Origin: Veleropilina oligotropha
Taxonomy: Eukaryota
Assembly (NCBI GenBank): GCA_048128005.1
Contig: JBEUKZ010000054.1
Coordinates: forward strand, 806,001-870,000
Reading direction: 5' to 3'
Length of the DNA stretch: 64,000 nucleotides
A model generated the notes under the pieces. The model had not been told where the DNA came from. It saw nothing but the letters and a program-made list of their open reading frames with translations, and did not search any database. Both the position numbers and the translations under genes were made by a program. This document shows, one piece after another, positions 47,332 through 59,248 of the stretch (the first letter of the stretch is position 1; each line of letters starts with the position of its first letter).

Positions 47332-50317
47332 GGCTGTCGGCACACACGACGGTCCCAGCTGCCCGCTTCCGCTGGTGGGAGCGTGTCTGTTAGCGTACAG
47401 CCAGCCGTGGCTAGAACTAACAGACAGCAGCTGGGTCCACTCAGTCGTGAGTGCCGGATACAAGTTGGCATTCAACTGGCATCCGACCCTAACCGAGGCA
47501 CCACCACCAAGCCGCGCTCGCCCCCTGCAAGGCGAGAAACAAGCGGTCTCAGACCAGGCATTGCGGGACTTACTCCTCAAAGGAGCGATATATCCCGCGC
47601 CGCCCAGCACACCAGGATTTTACAGCCATTTCTTCCTGGTCCCGAAACCTGATGGCCGCTGGCGACCGATCCTCGATCTCTCGTATCTCAACCGATATAT
47701 TCGCACCAAGAAATTCCAGCAAGAAACCCTCTCGAAGATACGAGCGGCCATCCGTCCGGGCGACTGGGCAGCGTCTATCGATCTGACCGACGCGTATCTG
47801 CATGTTCCGATGCATATCACGGCTCATCAGTACCTTCGGTTTATACACGGGGAGACGATCTACCAATTCAGGTGCCTACCGTTTGGTCTATCGTCAGCCC
47901 CGTACGTCTTCACGAGAATAGTACAGGCCCTCGGAGCCTTCCTACACTCTCTAGGGCACAGGGTACATATGTACCTCGACGACTGGCTGATCCTCGGGGC
48001 GTCCCGGGATCTGTGCCACCGGTCTACGAGCTTTACCCTGTCATCGGCGAAGCGACTGGGATTTCAGATCAACGAGACTAAATCCTGCTTCGTACCCTCC
48101 AAGACGTTTCCGTTTCCCGGAGTCGAGTTCGATACGGTCCGGTACACCGCGAAGCCGACCCAGAAACGTATACGGAACCTACGCGCGGTTATTCAAGACA
48201 CCCTGTCATCGGAGATAACTACGGCGCGACAACTGGCCACTGTCCTGGGGCACATCGAGTCGGTAGCGACCCTGCTACAGACGGGTCGAATGGACAAACG
48301 ACCGTTACAACAGGCGTTCAGAGATCGCTGGATACAACGGACGGGGCAGTGGACGGATCGTATCGATCTTCGGCATTGGTTTACCAGCACGACAGCAGTG
48401 TGGCTGAACCCTGCTTTGCCGAACCAGTCGGTTCCTATATCCCCGCCAGAGCCGAATGCTTACCTGTTCACAGACGCTTCGAACGACGGCTGGGGTGGTC
48501 ACCTCGACAGTCACGAGACATCGGGCCTATGGCCGACGGACCTTCAGGGACGACACATTAACTACCTAGAGCTAGAAGCGGTCTACCTGACAGTACGGTC
48601 CCTCTCGTCACATCTCCGCAACAAGCACATAATGCTCGCCACGGACAATACGACTGTCGTCGCTTACATTCAACACCAGGGCGGCACTCGCTCGCGTCCC
48701 CTTTGCGACCGGGCAATCGACCTACACCGCCTAGTGATGTCCCTCAACTCGACGATACGAGCAAGACACATCCCGGGAAAGCTGAATGTCAGAGCGGACT
48801 CGCTCTCTCGGAAATCACAGATTATACACACAGAGTGGACGCTACACAGCCGAGTAGCTCGGGACGTTTGTCGCCGGTGGTCACAACCCCAAGTCGATCT
48901 GTTTGCAACAGAATTCAATCACCGACTACCTCTGTATGTCTCCCCGTACCCGGACCCGGCCGCCCTAGCGGTCGACGCGCTGTCAATGACATGGGAGAAT
49001 CTGTCCGCGTATGCCTTCCCCCCGTCGTGCATCCTGACACTCGTACTACAGAAGGCATCGAACGAACGTTGCGAGATAACGCTAATCGCGCCCCTGTATC
49101 GCACGCAACCTTGGTTTCCGACCCTCCTCGATCTGATCGTCGATCGACCGTTAGCGCTCCCGCAGAGACCGGACCTGTTAATGCAGGCGCGCAGTCGTGT
49201 ATTACACCCGTCGCCGAACGACTTACGTTTACACGCCTGGCGGTTATCGAACGATCCCTCGCTAAGAAAGGATTTTCTCGCGCTACAGCCCTACGCATCT
49301 ACCGATCGAGAAGGCTTTCCACGTCTAAAGTATACGACTACCGATGGGTCAAATACGTGGATTGGTGTCACAGCCGGCAGATCAATATTCTCCGCCCCCC
49401 CTGTGAACAAATTTATCGAGTTTTTATCGTCGCTCTTTGAACGCGGAATGTCAGTGTCCGCCGTCAAAGGCTATCGGGCAACGGTCGCGACCACGTTAAA
49501 ACAGTGCCGTGCCCATGTTAGCCTGTCTAGCGACCGAAAGATTTCGGATTTTATACGATCCTACGAACTCGAAATTCCGACCCGCACGATACGGCCGCCA
49601 GCCTGGAACATCGTTCTCGTTCTTAACGCTCTCCTTCTACAGCCGTACGAGCCTATGTGCTCGGCTTCTATGAGAAACTTAACGCACAAAACGGTTTTTC
49701 TGATCGCCTTAGCGTCGGGCAGGCGTTGTTCCGAAATTCATAGTCTATCCGCAGAGCTACGAGACGTTCGTTTCCAGTCAGACGGGTCGGTGATGCTGCG
49801 TCCTATCTTGGGTTTCCTCGCCAAGAATCAACGGCCGAACGAAGACGCCCCCAATATCGTTATCCCCAAGCTTACGCTGGTCGGAAGACACGATGTGGAC
49901 CGATTAAACTGTCCTGTGCGTGCCCTACGATACTACCTCGACAGGACCCGTGATATGCGGCAAGGAAAACTACGTCTATTTATTTCGTACTTACCTTCTT
50001 ATACCCGCGACATTACGAAGACGACTGTTTCGCGGTGGATTTCACAGGTAGTGAGAGACGTGTACTCTCGCTGTGAAAAAGTAGACCGCACTATTGTATC
50101 AGTCCGCGCGCACGAGGTCCGTGCTATTGCAGCTTCCATCGCCTTCCGACACAGTTTAAACATCTCAGCGTTGCTTCAAGCAGGTTACTGGAAGAACCCA
50201 AATGTCTTTGTTAAGCATTACCTGCGGGATTATTCCACTGGGGCTGATGGGTTGAGCAGTCTGCAATGTGTAGCTGCTCAACGATGTATTGTTAGACAAA
50301 GGTCGTCTAATCAGTAG
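47117..50317 (+). CDS. pol: DIRS pol (RT-RNaseH-MT) fused in frame to the YR catalytic domain by a +1 C at ~49395
   Basis: YLDD, LFTDAS, AYAFPP, then ASGRRCSEI, RAHEVR, FVKHYLR in one 1066-aa ORF. Confidence 0.85.
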   Translation: MPSRRRCCTPPPPGVHPPTRRSVQGPPGPRNLPSVQGPLLVVGPRPVNPLRRGKHLQRNPVRAGEGSRLGPRAVGTHDGPSCPLPLVGACLLAYSQPWLELTDSSWVHSVVSAGYKLAFNWHPTLTEAPPPSRARPLQGEKQAVSDQALRDLLLKGAIYPAPPSTPGFYSHFFLVPKPDGRWRPILDLSYLNRYIRTKKFQQETLSKIRAAIRPGDWAASIDLTDAYLHVPMHITAHQYLRFIHGETIYQFRCLPFGLSSAPYVFTRIVQALGAFLHSLGHRVHMYLDDWLILGASRDLCHRSTSFTLSSAKRLGFQINETKSCFVPSKTFPFPGVEFDTVRYTAKPTQKRIRNLRAVIQDTLSSEITTARQLATVLGHIESVATLLQTGRMDKRPLQQAFRDRWIQRTGQWTDRIDLRHWFTSTTAVWLNPALPNQSVPISPPEPNAYLFTDASNDGWGGHLDSHETSGLWPTDLQGRHINYLELEAVYLTVRSLSSHLRNKHIMLATDNTTVVAYIQHQGGTRSRPLCDRAIDLHRLVMSLNSTIRARHIPGKLNVRADSLSRKSQIIHTEWTLHSRVARDVCRRWSQPQVDLFATEFNHRLPLYVSPYPDPAALAVDALSMTWENLSAYAFPPSCILTLVLQKASNERCEITLIAPLYRTQPWFPTLLDLIVDRPLALPQRPDLLMQARSRVLHPSPNDLRLHAWRLSNDPSLRKDFLALQPYASTDREGFPRLKYTTTDGSNTWIGVTAGRSIFSAPPVNKFIEFLSSLFERGMSVSAVKGYRATVATTLKQCRAHVSLSSDRKISDFIRSYELEIPTRTIRPPAWNIVLVLNALLLQPYEPMCSASMRNLTHKTVFLIALASGRRCSEIHSLSAELRDVRFQSDGSVMLRPILGFLAKNQRPNEDAPNIVIPKLTLVGRHDVDRLNCPVRALRYYLDRTRDMRQGKLRLFISYLPSYTRDITKTTVSRWISQVVRDVYSRCEKVDRTIVSVRAHEVRAIAASIAFRHSLNISALLQAGYWKNPNVFVKHYLRDYSTGADGLSSLQCVAAQRCIVRQRSSNQ

Positions 50318-51871
50318 GCAAATATTGTTTCTTGATTAATCAATTTAATACTTCGTGCTGATGCAATGTTATTGTTATGCCTAGGTGTTACTATGTAAAC
50401 ACATTATGAGGCGGTTCAATGTATGTTCATTTCTTAAAAACATTTTAAGATCTTGATACTTTCATGTCATACCTGAGTATTTTGACAGGCCAGTTCACAT
50501 TGAATTTAATAAACATTTATATTGCAAAAAGTCTTATAGGATTTTGAGGTTCAATATTATTGATGTTCTATGCTGTTATAGAACATACGATGTTCAAGAC
50601 ATTGAAATTTTTTTAATATTTGCTTCCTTAAAATTTATTTTAAGTACGGTAACATGTACTCATGTTAGCTTTTCGCAAGTTGGTCATGCGAATTATTTAT
50701 TACTATCGATTATTTATTTTAATCTATTAATTCTTTGCTTAAGATTTGATGTCTTCACAACCTAACTATTAGGTTCCGTGTGCCTACAAATCCGACTGCT
50801 TCCTCTGGCTACCGGCCTATGGCCCGGAGTACCAGTTGGCTGCCACTGGTCCATGACGCGTAAGACCTACAGGGATTTTCCTTCCGGCCGTGCCTGGGGC
50901 TGATTGCACTTCCGTTCACCTTGTCCGACTAACACCACGGCGTATACTCCCGGTAACACTGGTCGAAATTCTCGCCTGGTAAGAGTAGAATATAATACTC
51001 AGTAGATTCCACTCTGAGCGGACACAATCGTCGCTTCATGCTGATTGCTATGGTGAAAAGTAAGTCATAATCTTGTTTGGGATTGTTGTAAGGAACTTCT
51101 TACCCACCTATCCAAGGTCATTCTGGCAAGTGTAAGGACGTAAGTAAGTTTGTAACTACATATGAGGTTTTTAAGTAAACCTGATATTAGTTAAAACATA
51201 CTTACGTCCTTACTACGATTACCCACCCTGCGCTTTCGCATTCCCCCCCTCTTACTAAGTTCCTTTGGTGTTCTGAACTTTGAATTGAGGCCTTGTGACC
51301 TTGAGCTCGGACATCTAGCGAGACTTGGCGAGATCTCGCCGGGGGAACTTATAGAGGGGGAGCAGGGGAGGTAATCTTAGTGTTTTGACTTAATAGTGCA
51401 TAAAATGTGACATTATTCACTGTTTCCGGTTGGCGATAATATGACTATTATGGCAAGTGTAAGGACGTAAGTATGTTTTAACTAATATTAGGTTTACTTC
51501 AAAACCTCATTTTGTCATTACAGCACTTGAGAAGGGTTAATTTGACGTATATGAGTGTAGGCAAATTTATCATTATATTCGCATCTATCAATAACTGATT
51601 CGGAATTAAATCGTGTTCATAGTGAAATACAATTATAGTTTAATGGTCAAGTTTCAAATAAATCATTTAATTATGCTACCAAAATTGATGCAACATTATT
51701 GTAAATATGAAAATTAAGTTTAAAGGATTTTAGTTTGATCTTGTTGATCCAGTCTTTGAGACGTCAGAATATTGGTAATCAAGTTTCTGTTATTAATGTT
51801 CATTTTGTTTTCTTTTGTGATGCAATATTTCAATGTGTGATATGTACTCTATATACAATACCATGTTACAG

Positions 51872-51960
51872 GGCAGAGATGTGCGTCGACGACTAGTGGG
51901 CCAACCCCATGTCCGACCGGCCAGTATCAGGATGCCCGTGGCATGGCGACATGCAAATCA
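51872..51960 (+). CDS. Exon 9, Cys-rich repeat protein
   Basis: ttacag|QRCASTTSGPTPCPTGQYQDARGMATCKS|gtaag. Confidence 0.9.
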
Positions 51961-52289
51961 GTAAGTTCTGTTTAAGATAACAATAGGTTGATGTGATCAC
52001 AATCGCCTCTCTGGTTTTTGTTTCCTTTCAAGTATCGTCTCAACATCCTCTGAGAACATTTCCGTCAACTGATATGGAGAGTGCTAAGATTCGCATATTG
52101 ACAATTTCAGAAGCTGCCGATTAAGGACAGTACATATGTACTTATATTCTTTCCCAAGGAAAATATCTAAGACCAATGTTGAATCGCAATTCTTTGCATC
52201 TAAAACCTGTGCTCTAACAATATAAATGCATTGCTGGTGATGATTCAAGAAAAAGATGTCATGTGATATAATTATTATTCAAATGTAAT

Positions 52290-53742
52290 TATGTCTCCCC
52301 ATCCGAAGGATGGGAGCGACATATTGTTTTACACTCCGTTCTTCTTCTCTTTCTCCTCCTTCTTCCTCACTTTTCTTGTCCGGGCTAGATCTCAGGTCCT
52401 TTACTTGCCTGCATTATTTCCTTTGGTAAATTAAACCGTCCAGGCATGCCATTGTGCTTTTTGGCAAAATTTCACGAAAACGACTTTCGACCTTGATGTA
52501 ATGACCTTCTCGGAGACTTCAAATCTTATCCTTCTAATTTCTTTGTAGATGCATGGCCCACACTCCAAACATGTGCAGCGCCCTAAAATTTTGCACTTTT
52601 GACCTTTGACCTTGGCGCTGTGACCTTGATAAACAATTTCCATATTTGGGCATTTTTATATTTTGTTTTCTTAAATTTTTCACCATATTTATTCCTAAGG
52701 ATGAGTACATTATATAACAATGTTCAATTTTGTTGTTCGGTCAAAGGTCAAGGTCACAGAGGTCAAAATGTACTTTCTCTAACACACACGTACCTTATCC
52801 GGGTTACATCTCCGGTCATATACAGGCCTGCATGATTTCCTTTCGTACGTTAACTGCACTATCTTGCCATTGTGCTTTTCGGCAAAATTTTGCGGAAATG
52901 ACCTTCGACCTTGACCTGATGACTTTTGACCCTGAAATGGTGTCCGGCCTGGTTGTCGGTGATGTCAAATCTTATCCTTCTAATTTCTTTGAAGATGCAT
53001 GGCCCACACTTGAAGCATGGGCAGTGCACTAAAATTTTGCACTTTTGACCTTGACACTGTGACCTTCATAAAACATTCCATATTTGGGCGTTTTCATATT
53101 TTATTGTTTTATTAATTAATTAATTTTTTTTCGGCAACTTTTCCCCTGTGGATGAGTACATTAAATAGCAATATTCAGTTTTGTGTTCGGTCAAAGGTCA
53201 AGGTCACAGAGGTCAAAATGTACTTTCCTGATTCCATATTTGGGCATTTTCATATTTCATTGTTTTTTTAATTATTTTTCGGCAAATTCTTCCATGAGGG
53301 CGAGTACATTATTTAACAATGTTCAATTTTGTTGTTCGGTCAAAGGTCAAGGTCACAGAGGTCAAAATGTACTTTCCTGATACAATCCTTGTCCGGGCTA
53401 GATCTCGGGTCCTATACATGCCAGCATGATTGCCTGTGATATGCTATCTTCCCTTACCGGTAACGTGCCATTGTGCAAGGAAGAGTTTTCCGAAAATGAC
53501 CCCTGACCTTGCCGTAATGACCTTTGACCTACTAAAATTCTTGTCATCTTCATAGGTTCCCATGCCTTGAACGTGTAGGGTATAAATATTCAGGACATCT
53601 GCATAAATCCATCCATTTCGTCAAATATATTTACACTTCCAAATCGTGACTTTCCAAACTTCATGAGGGTATCAATATGCATTGGTTTCTCTTACAAGGG
53701 GAGACATATGTTTTTGTTCACACAAAAACAACTCCTCTAGTT
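52290..53742 (+). mobile_element. HINE/DINE-1-like Helentron-associated element
   Basis: 5' TATGTCTCCC plus hairpin and (TTC)n; internal GGTCAAAGGTCAAGGTCACA core repeats; 3' GGGAGACATA, hairpin TGTTTTTG/CAAAAACA, CTAGTT. Confidence 0.75.
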
Positions 53743-53917
53743 ATTCATTTACAGTTAGAACCAACACAGTGATTCTGTCAATATTATTTTTACCGAAAAT
53801 GTATCTGAGGAATTTGAGCATGCAGATAAACTGTTGACTTTCAGATTATGAAAGCAAGACCGTAAAATTAAAGGCCACTGTGGGCATTATATTGTTACCG
53901 TGTCTGATTATTTTCAG

Positions 53918-54031
53918 TGTCCCGGCGGCTACTATACAATCAGCACTAGCACCACCACGTGCACTCAATGTCCAGCAGGGTCAAAATGCCCAGACGCTAC
54001 GGCCTCCCCCGTCGCGTGTGCCAGCAACGAG
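53918..54031 (+). CDS. Exon 10, Cys-rich repeat protein
   Basis: ttttcag|CPGGYYTISTSTTTCTQCPAGSKCPDATASPVACASNE|gtaat. Confidence 0.9.
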
Positions 54032-54388
54032 GTAATTAATGGCAGGCATTACGAGACCAGCGGCAGCAACTTTGTACTCTGAGTGTTATCAATAATAAAT
54101 ATAATGCATTTGGTATAATGTCACTTTGCGGATATACTGGTGTCTTTGAAAATCAATTTTGAGTTAATGAGAAATTGTGGTTTCCTGCATTTTCTGTATT
54201 ACTGGCATCTGAAAACACAGAATCCTTTGTTGAAATATTCATTATTGTACATAAAAATAATATTAATTTGTAATTTATCTGGTGTTCCTGAATATGATGT
54301 AATACGGAATCCAATGGTGACAAGGTGTTGATATCTTTAAGATAGTGTTCTTTCAGTGTTTTACGTGTATTTATTTCGTTGCTTATAG

Positions 54389-54472
54389 TTGTCCACGGCT
54401 GGATCTGTGATCTGCCAGACCTGTCCCGCAGGCCAGATTTGTTCCGGGGGTGCATCGTCCACCGCATGTTCG
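54389..54472 (+). CDS. Exon 11, Cys-rich repeat protein
   Basis: ttatag|LSTAGSVICQTCPAGQICSGGASSTACS|gtgag. Confidence 0.88.
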
Positions 54473-54621
54473 GTGAGGTTTATGGGGTTAATGTAGAAAT
54501 ACATTCTTTGTCCATAGAAATAATTACATCTTTAACTGAAAACTACGTTCAACAATTATATCTGAGGATAGAATTTTAACTCTAATTGATACCCACACTA
54601 TGAAAGATTCTTGCAGTTGAT

Positions 54622-54945
54622 TTAATAATAATGATAATGTAACGATCTTATATAGAGCATTCTTACGCACATGTCTCAATGCGCTGAACATTATTATTAC
54701 CCCTGGTTATAGGCCTGTTCCACTCTATATGCCATCTCAAATCTCAACTCCCTCTGGGAGCATTACAGTCATTTACACGCATGTAGCACCGTGACTTACA
54801 TAACTGCCAACCAGGTACCCATTCATATCGGCTGGGTGGACCGAGGCAAATATATCCTTATTTCCTTGCCAAAATGAAATCGCCGAGGTTTGGGGGTGAA
54901 CTCGAGACTCTGTGACCAGAGGCCTATGAACAACCCACTGATATC
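54622..54945 (-). mobile_element. CORE-type SINE (family C), second copy
   Basis: Shares CCAGGTACCCATT...CGGCTGGGTG.ACCGAGGCAA...TTCCTTGCC with 10230-10485; (TAA)n tail. Confidence 0.6.
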
Positions 54946-55115
54946 ATGCTGTGCATAGACTATATGCTGTCGTCATATTACAACATTAGGTGGAAAATAG
55001 TTCTATTCTACCTATTAGCCGTTTATCATGCCATTTCTTGTATTCTCTGCATATCTCATCACTGCATAATTCAAATTTCTAATACTCGTCACCAATTCGT
55101 CCGTTTCCATTCCAG

Positions 55116-55343
55116 ACGGGAGAATACTCTGATGGTACTACATGTAATCCATGTCCGGTGGGAAACTATTGTCCATCCCCATTGACCGGTCAGCAGGCAT
55201 GCCCGGCCGGGACGTACCAGATTCTGACCAGTCAGAGCTCGTGCCCGGACTGCCCCGCGGGCTCATCGTGTCTCGACGTCAGTGTCGCAGCCGTTCCTTG
55301 CTCGGCGGGATCATATAGCCCCGGAGGCCAAGCCGACTGTACG
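55116..55343 (+). CDS. Exon 12, Cys-rich repeat protein
   Basis: ttccag|TGEYSDGTTCNPCPVGNYCPSP...CPAGTYQ...CSAGSYSPGGQADCT|gtaagt. Confidence 0.92.
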
Positions 55344-55470
55344 GTAAGTGCCCTGGAGGCCAAGCCGACTGTATGGTAAGTGCCCTGGAGGCCAAGCCGA
55401 CTGTACGGTAAGTGCCCTGGAGGCCAAGCCGACTGTACGGTAAGTGCCCTGGAGGCCAAGCCGACTGTAG
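55319..55470. repeat. 32-bp tandem repeat spanning the exon 12 donor
   Basis: Unit GTAAGTGCCCTGGAGGCCAAGCCGACTGTACG; GTAAGT at 55344, 55376, 55408, 55440. Confidence 0.92.
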
Positions 55471-55875
55471 GTAGTAAGTAGGATAATACATAGCCCTGGA
55501 AGCCAATCAGACTGTACTGTAAGTGCAAATTTGCCACCCGATTTAAAATAATATATTAAATGAATAAATTATAGTAAAATTTGTAAATATATACTCAAAT
55601 TTGAAATAACAGGTTTTCATTGCCTCAGGATCATGTATGATGTTTTTATAATTGTTTCTTTAATGTGTGTCAATTATTCACTAAGGTTCATATGTGACTG
55701 TTCTTGTACTCATTGAGTATGCAACGGACACTGTTACAGTAGTGCATTAAATAATACAGTTACAGAGTTAACAAGTCCATTTGCTGTATGCTCCAATGTA
55801 ACACTCTTCAGTGATGGAGGTAAGAATGCTCCACACCTTTGTATGCTGTGTTGCAAAATCGCTTCTCCCTGGAGA

Positions 55876-56086
55876 ATGCCAATGTAGGTCACGGATGATG
55901 CCAATGTAGGTCACGGATGATGCCAATGTAGGTCACGGATGCCAATGTAGATCACGGATGATGCCAATGTAGGTCACGGATGATGCCAATGTAGGTCACG
56001 GATACCAATGTAGGTCACGGATGATGCCAATGTAGGTCACGGATGATGCCAATGTAGGTCACGGATGCCAATGTAGGTCACGGATG
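55876..56086. repeat. 22/19-bp minisatellite
   Basis: Unit (GAT)GCCAATGTAGGTCACGGAT, ~10 copies. Confidence 0.9.
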
Positions 56087-56309
56087 TCATTCGGAATATT
56101 CTGGTGATATATTGCCCTTTGAAATGATAACCATTGTAAGGAGATGTAATAATTTAATAGTGAAAGTTATAATATAATAATATAAATTGGTTCATAAATG
56201 GAAAAAATTGATATGGACATAAAGTGATGTATGTAAAAGAGAATAAAATATTTCTTATTCAAATGGGTAAATTTATGGCGCCATTATCTACACATTTGCT
56301 GTATTCCAG

Positions 56310-56472
56310 GTGTGCGTGGAGGGGTACTATTCAGCTGCAGGTGCATCTTTCTGCATCGCCTGCCCCGCTGGGCAGAAATGTTTCGACGGCACAAACTTCG
56401 TGAACCCCACCGACTGCTTGGTTGGGACGTACAGTCCACTACAACAGGCTAACTGTCTCACCTGCGCCCAAG
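56310..56472 (+). CDS. Exon 13, Cys-rich repeat protein
   Basis: ttccag|VCVEGYYSAAGASFCIACPAGQKC...CLTCAQ|gtacg. Confidence 0.92.
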
Positions 56473-57267
56473 GTACGCCATCGCTGAGACCTCGTCTGAC
56501 ATTGTGCTTCACATTTGTTGTTTTTGAAAACTCAGAATTACATGATGTTACTCCATGTACAGCGAGTGGTGTTGTTCAGTGCTTATTAACCATTATACCG
56601 TTGAAAAATTAAAGCTTATACTGTAATTAGTTACTTGTGGAGCTTTTGTCATGATCAGTGGGCTAAGGGTCAAGCTGGATCACAGAGCCAGGGGCCTGGG
56701 TTCAATCCCTGGGTTTACCAACACATTCAGCATGAATGACATCTTACGTTACTCGTCTCTCATCTTTATTTATTGATTGGCCAGATTGAAACTGAGGCTA
56801 CGATCATTAAACATCTATATATAGATCCATCGCAATATATAAAAGCACTGAGTTGAATAGGTCAGGTATTTCTTCTTTAGTTGTGTAAAATTATTCACGC
56901 TTCATAATTGGTAAAATATCTCTCATTCCTTCATATGGTGGCTGTTGCTTGCTCACAACATTGTAATCGACTGAAATACTGTAGGTATGGTTTCCAAATT
57001 CACTCTCTTTTGAGTAATTGTGTTTATTTTGCGCCGCTTTGCATGTGTGTTAGAGTCCTCAGCTAGAAGTCTGTTTAGGGTTAACAGTCATAGTTATCTA
57101 TAACTAGTCCGAGATTTCAATATTTCCTCCCACGATAATATGGACATATCTCAACATAGATGTTAAAATCGGTCAATAAACACAAAAGCAAAACCGGCAC
57201 GTGTATACAATGCCCCGGCACGTGTATACAATGCCTCGGATTTCACGTTGCGTCTACTGTGTTTCAG

Positions 57268-57386
57268 GCACATACAGTGCCGCCGCCGCATTTGCATGCT
57301 CGCTGTGCCCTGCAGGGAAATCCTGCGCAGATGCAACGCAAACGCCACAAAACTGTGCAGCGGGCTCCTACAGCACGGGCGGACAG
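57268..57386 (+). CDS. Exon 14, Cys-rich repeat protein
   Basis: tttcag|TYSAAAAFACSLCPAGKSCADATQTPQNCAAGSYSTGGQ|gtaag. Confidence 0.92.
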
Positions 57387-57738
57387 GTAAGCTGACTAAT
57401 TGTATTACATAGCTTGACTTGTGTTGCAAACAATTTACAAGAGAAAGGATTCTTTACAAATTTTTGCTGATGTCATCGATGGAGCACTTCCTATTTGTTG
57501 GATATGTCCATCTGTACGGTATCCGGTGTCAAATTTTCAGGTTTTATTCCTTTTTAAAAAACTGGCTGAAAACTTATTTCTTATTTACAATGAGCCTTCA
57601 TTTATAAGTTATGAAATTCAATGTAATTTATTATTATGCAATTTCATTCTTATTTCTCTGACACTGTTTTCCTGAAAATTGTAAGTTTACTCGTGAACGT
57701 TACACTAAGGTCAGATGAGCTTGACTTTCTTCCTGCAG

Positions 57739-57927
57739 GTGATCAGCTGTGCGCTCTGTCCAGCTGGGCACGAGTGTCCCACCACCACTGCCGCCCCGTC
57801 GACCTGTGCCACAGGGAGCTACGCGACCGCTGGGCAGACCTCCTGCACTCCGTGTCCGACCGGAAACTCCTGCCTGGACCCTGCAGTCAGCCCCACTGCC
57901 TGCACCTCCGGACACTACAGTCCACAG
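57739..57927 (+). CDS. Exon 15, Cys-rich repeat protein
   Basis: cctgcag|VISCALCPAGHECPTT...CTSGHYSPQ|gtcag. Confidence 0.92.
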
Positions 57928-58305
57928 GTCAGGACCCTCGGAGTCTAGTGGCGTGAACTTTAATATAACAGCTTCCTTTTTCTAGGATGTTCATTTGTTT
58001 GATTGATTTCAGTTTTAATACCAAAGGTGACCAATTAAATTATGACCTTAGCTTATGTCATTTGTTGACTAGGAAAATTCATAATAATAATTGTTTTGTT
58101 ATATGACGTCTTAAAGAACCGAATAATCCGATTTTTTTTACTTAGGTCATGTGATAATTGGCTTATACTATATAATAAATTTTAATACAATTTATTTGTA
58201 ATAACTCAGCTTGATATGGCATGATAAAATTACTTTTCAGCGTAATTTCAGCCAATCATGGCTATGACATAGTAGGCCATAATATTTTCTGCTGACCGTT
58301 TCCAG

Positions 58306-58556
58306 GGTACTGCTGGCTGCCTGATATGCCCCGCCGGGCTGGAGTGTGACGATTCCGCAAACACCCTTTCCGTTTGCGCCAGTGGATTCTACAGCCAGGC
58401 CGGGGACCTGTCCTGCACCCAGTGCCCCACAGGGTCGGCCTGTCCCTTTGCGGCAATCCCTCCAATCCCCTGTCAGTCCGGACTCCACACGGATGGGAAC
58501 CCAGGAGCCCTCAGCTGCCAAACGTGTCCAGCGGGAAAGTTCTGCTCAAATCCAGG
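58306..58556 (+). CDS. Exon 16, Cys-rich repeat protein
   Basis: tttccag|GTAGCLICPAGLECDDSANTLSVCASGFYSQAGDLSCTQCPTG...CQTCPAGKFCSNP|gtgag. Confidence 0.92.
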
Positions 58557-59248
58557 GTGAGCCTATTATTATTACATTATTTTCTGACATGGTAAATCAT
58601 GAAATTTAGGAAGTGTTATAATAAAGTATAGGTTTTCATCCATTTCATCGTGTAATGAATGAATATCAATATATGATCTTTTTCGCATGTTAAGTATTAT
58701 GATAGTTATTATCAAGATTAATCATTATCAGATAGAAAGATATTTAACGTTATCCTGGAGCTTTGAAAATATCACACGAGACAAAGTCGAGTGTGATATT
58801 GTCATAGCGAACAGGATAAACGTATGTATCAAATGAGAAGCCACAGGGTAACATTTTTATTTTCATTTTATTTTAAAAATATCTAACTTTATATGCCTGT
58901 CAATGCTGAACAATGACTATGCAATGAATAACGTTATGTTAAATTGCACCTTTCGGGTTATTCTAAGCGCAAAATAACCTGGATATTAGAAAAGCTGAGG
59001 AAGAGTTTAGTTTCATGTATATGATTGAATCTCAAAGAAATACTTGAAAATACTTGATTATCTCCCACAGAAGCGAATGGCGTCTAGCAGAAGACTTGTA
59101 GTTTGATACAAAACGTCGAATTTGACATGAGTATTTTTCAAACTCCACGTGACTTAATTTTGACCAACCAGACGTCGCAGATTTCGCGAAATAAAAATAA
59201 TGATTATCTGGTGACACCCACCTGCTGCTGACTGCTATGGACAACTGC

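Larger units (their letters stand above)
44197..51509 (+). mobile_element. DIRS1-like retrotransposon, copy 2 (related subfamily, gag disrupted)
   Basis: ITRs ~44197-44409 and ~51276-51509, ICR ~51125-51213; colinear with copy 1; begins 13-20 nt after the exon 8 donor. Confidence 0.95.

Noticed and set aside
57194..57240. GTCIQCPGTCIQC mini-exon
   Set aside because: 21-bp duplication without suitable splice sites; exons 13 and 14 already join in phase
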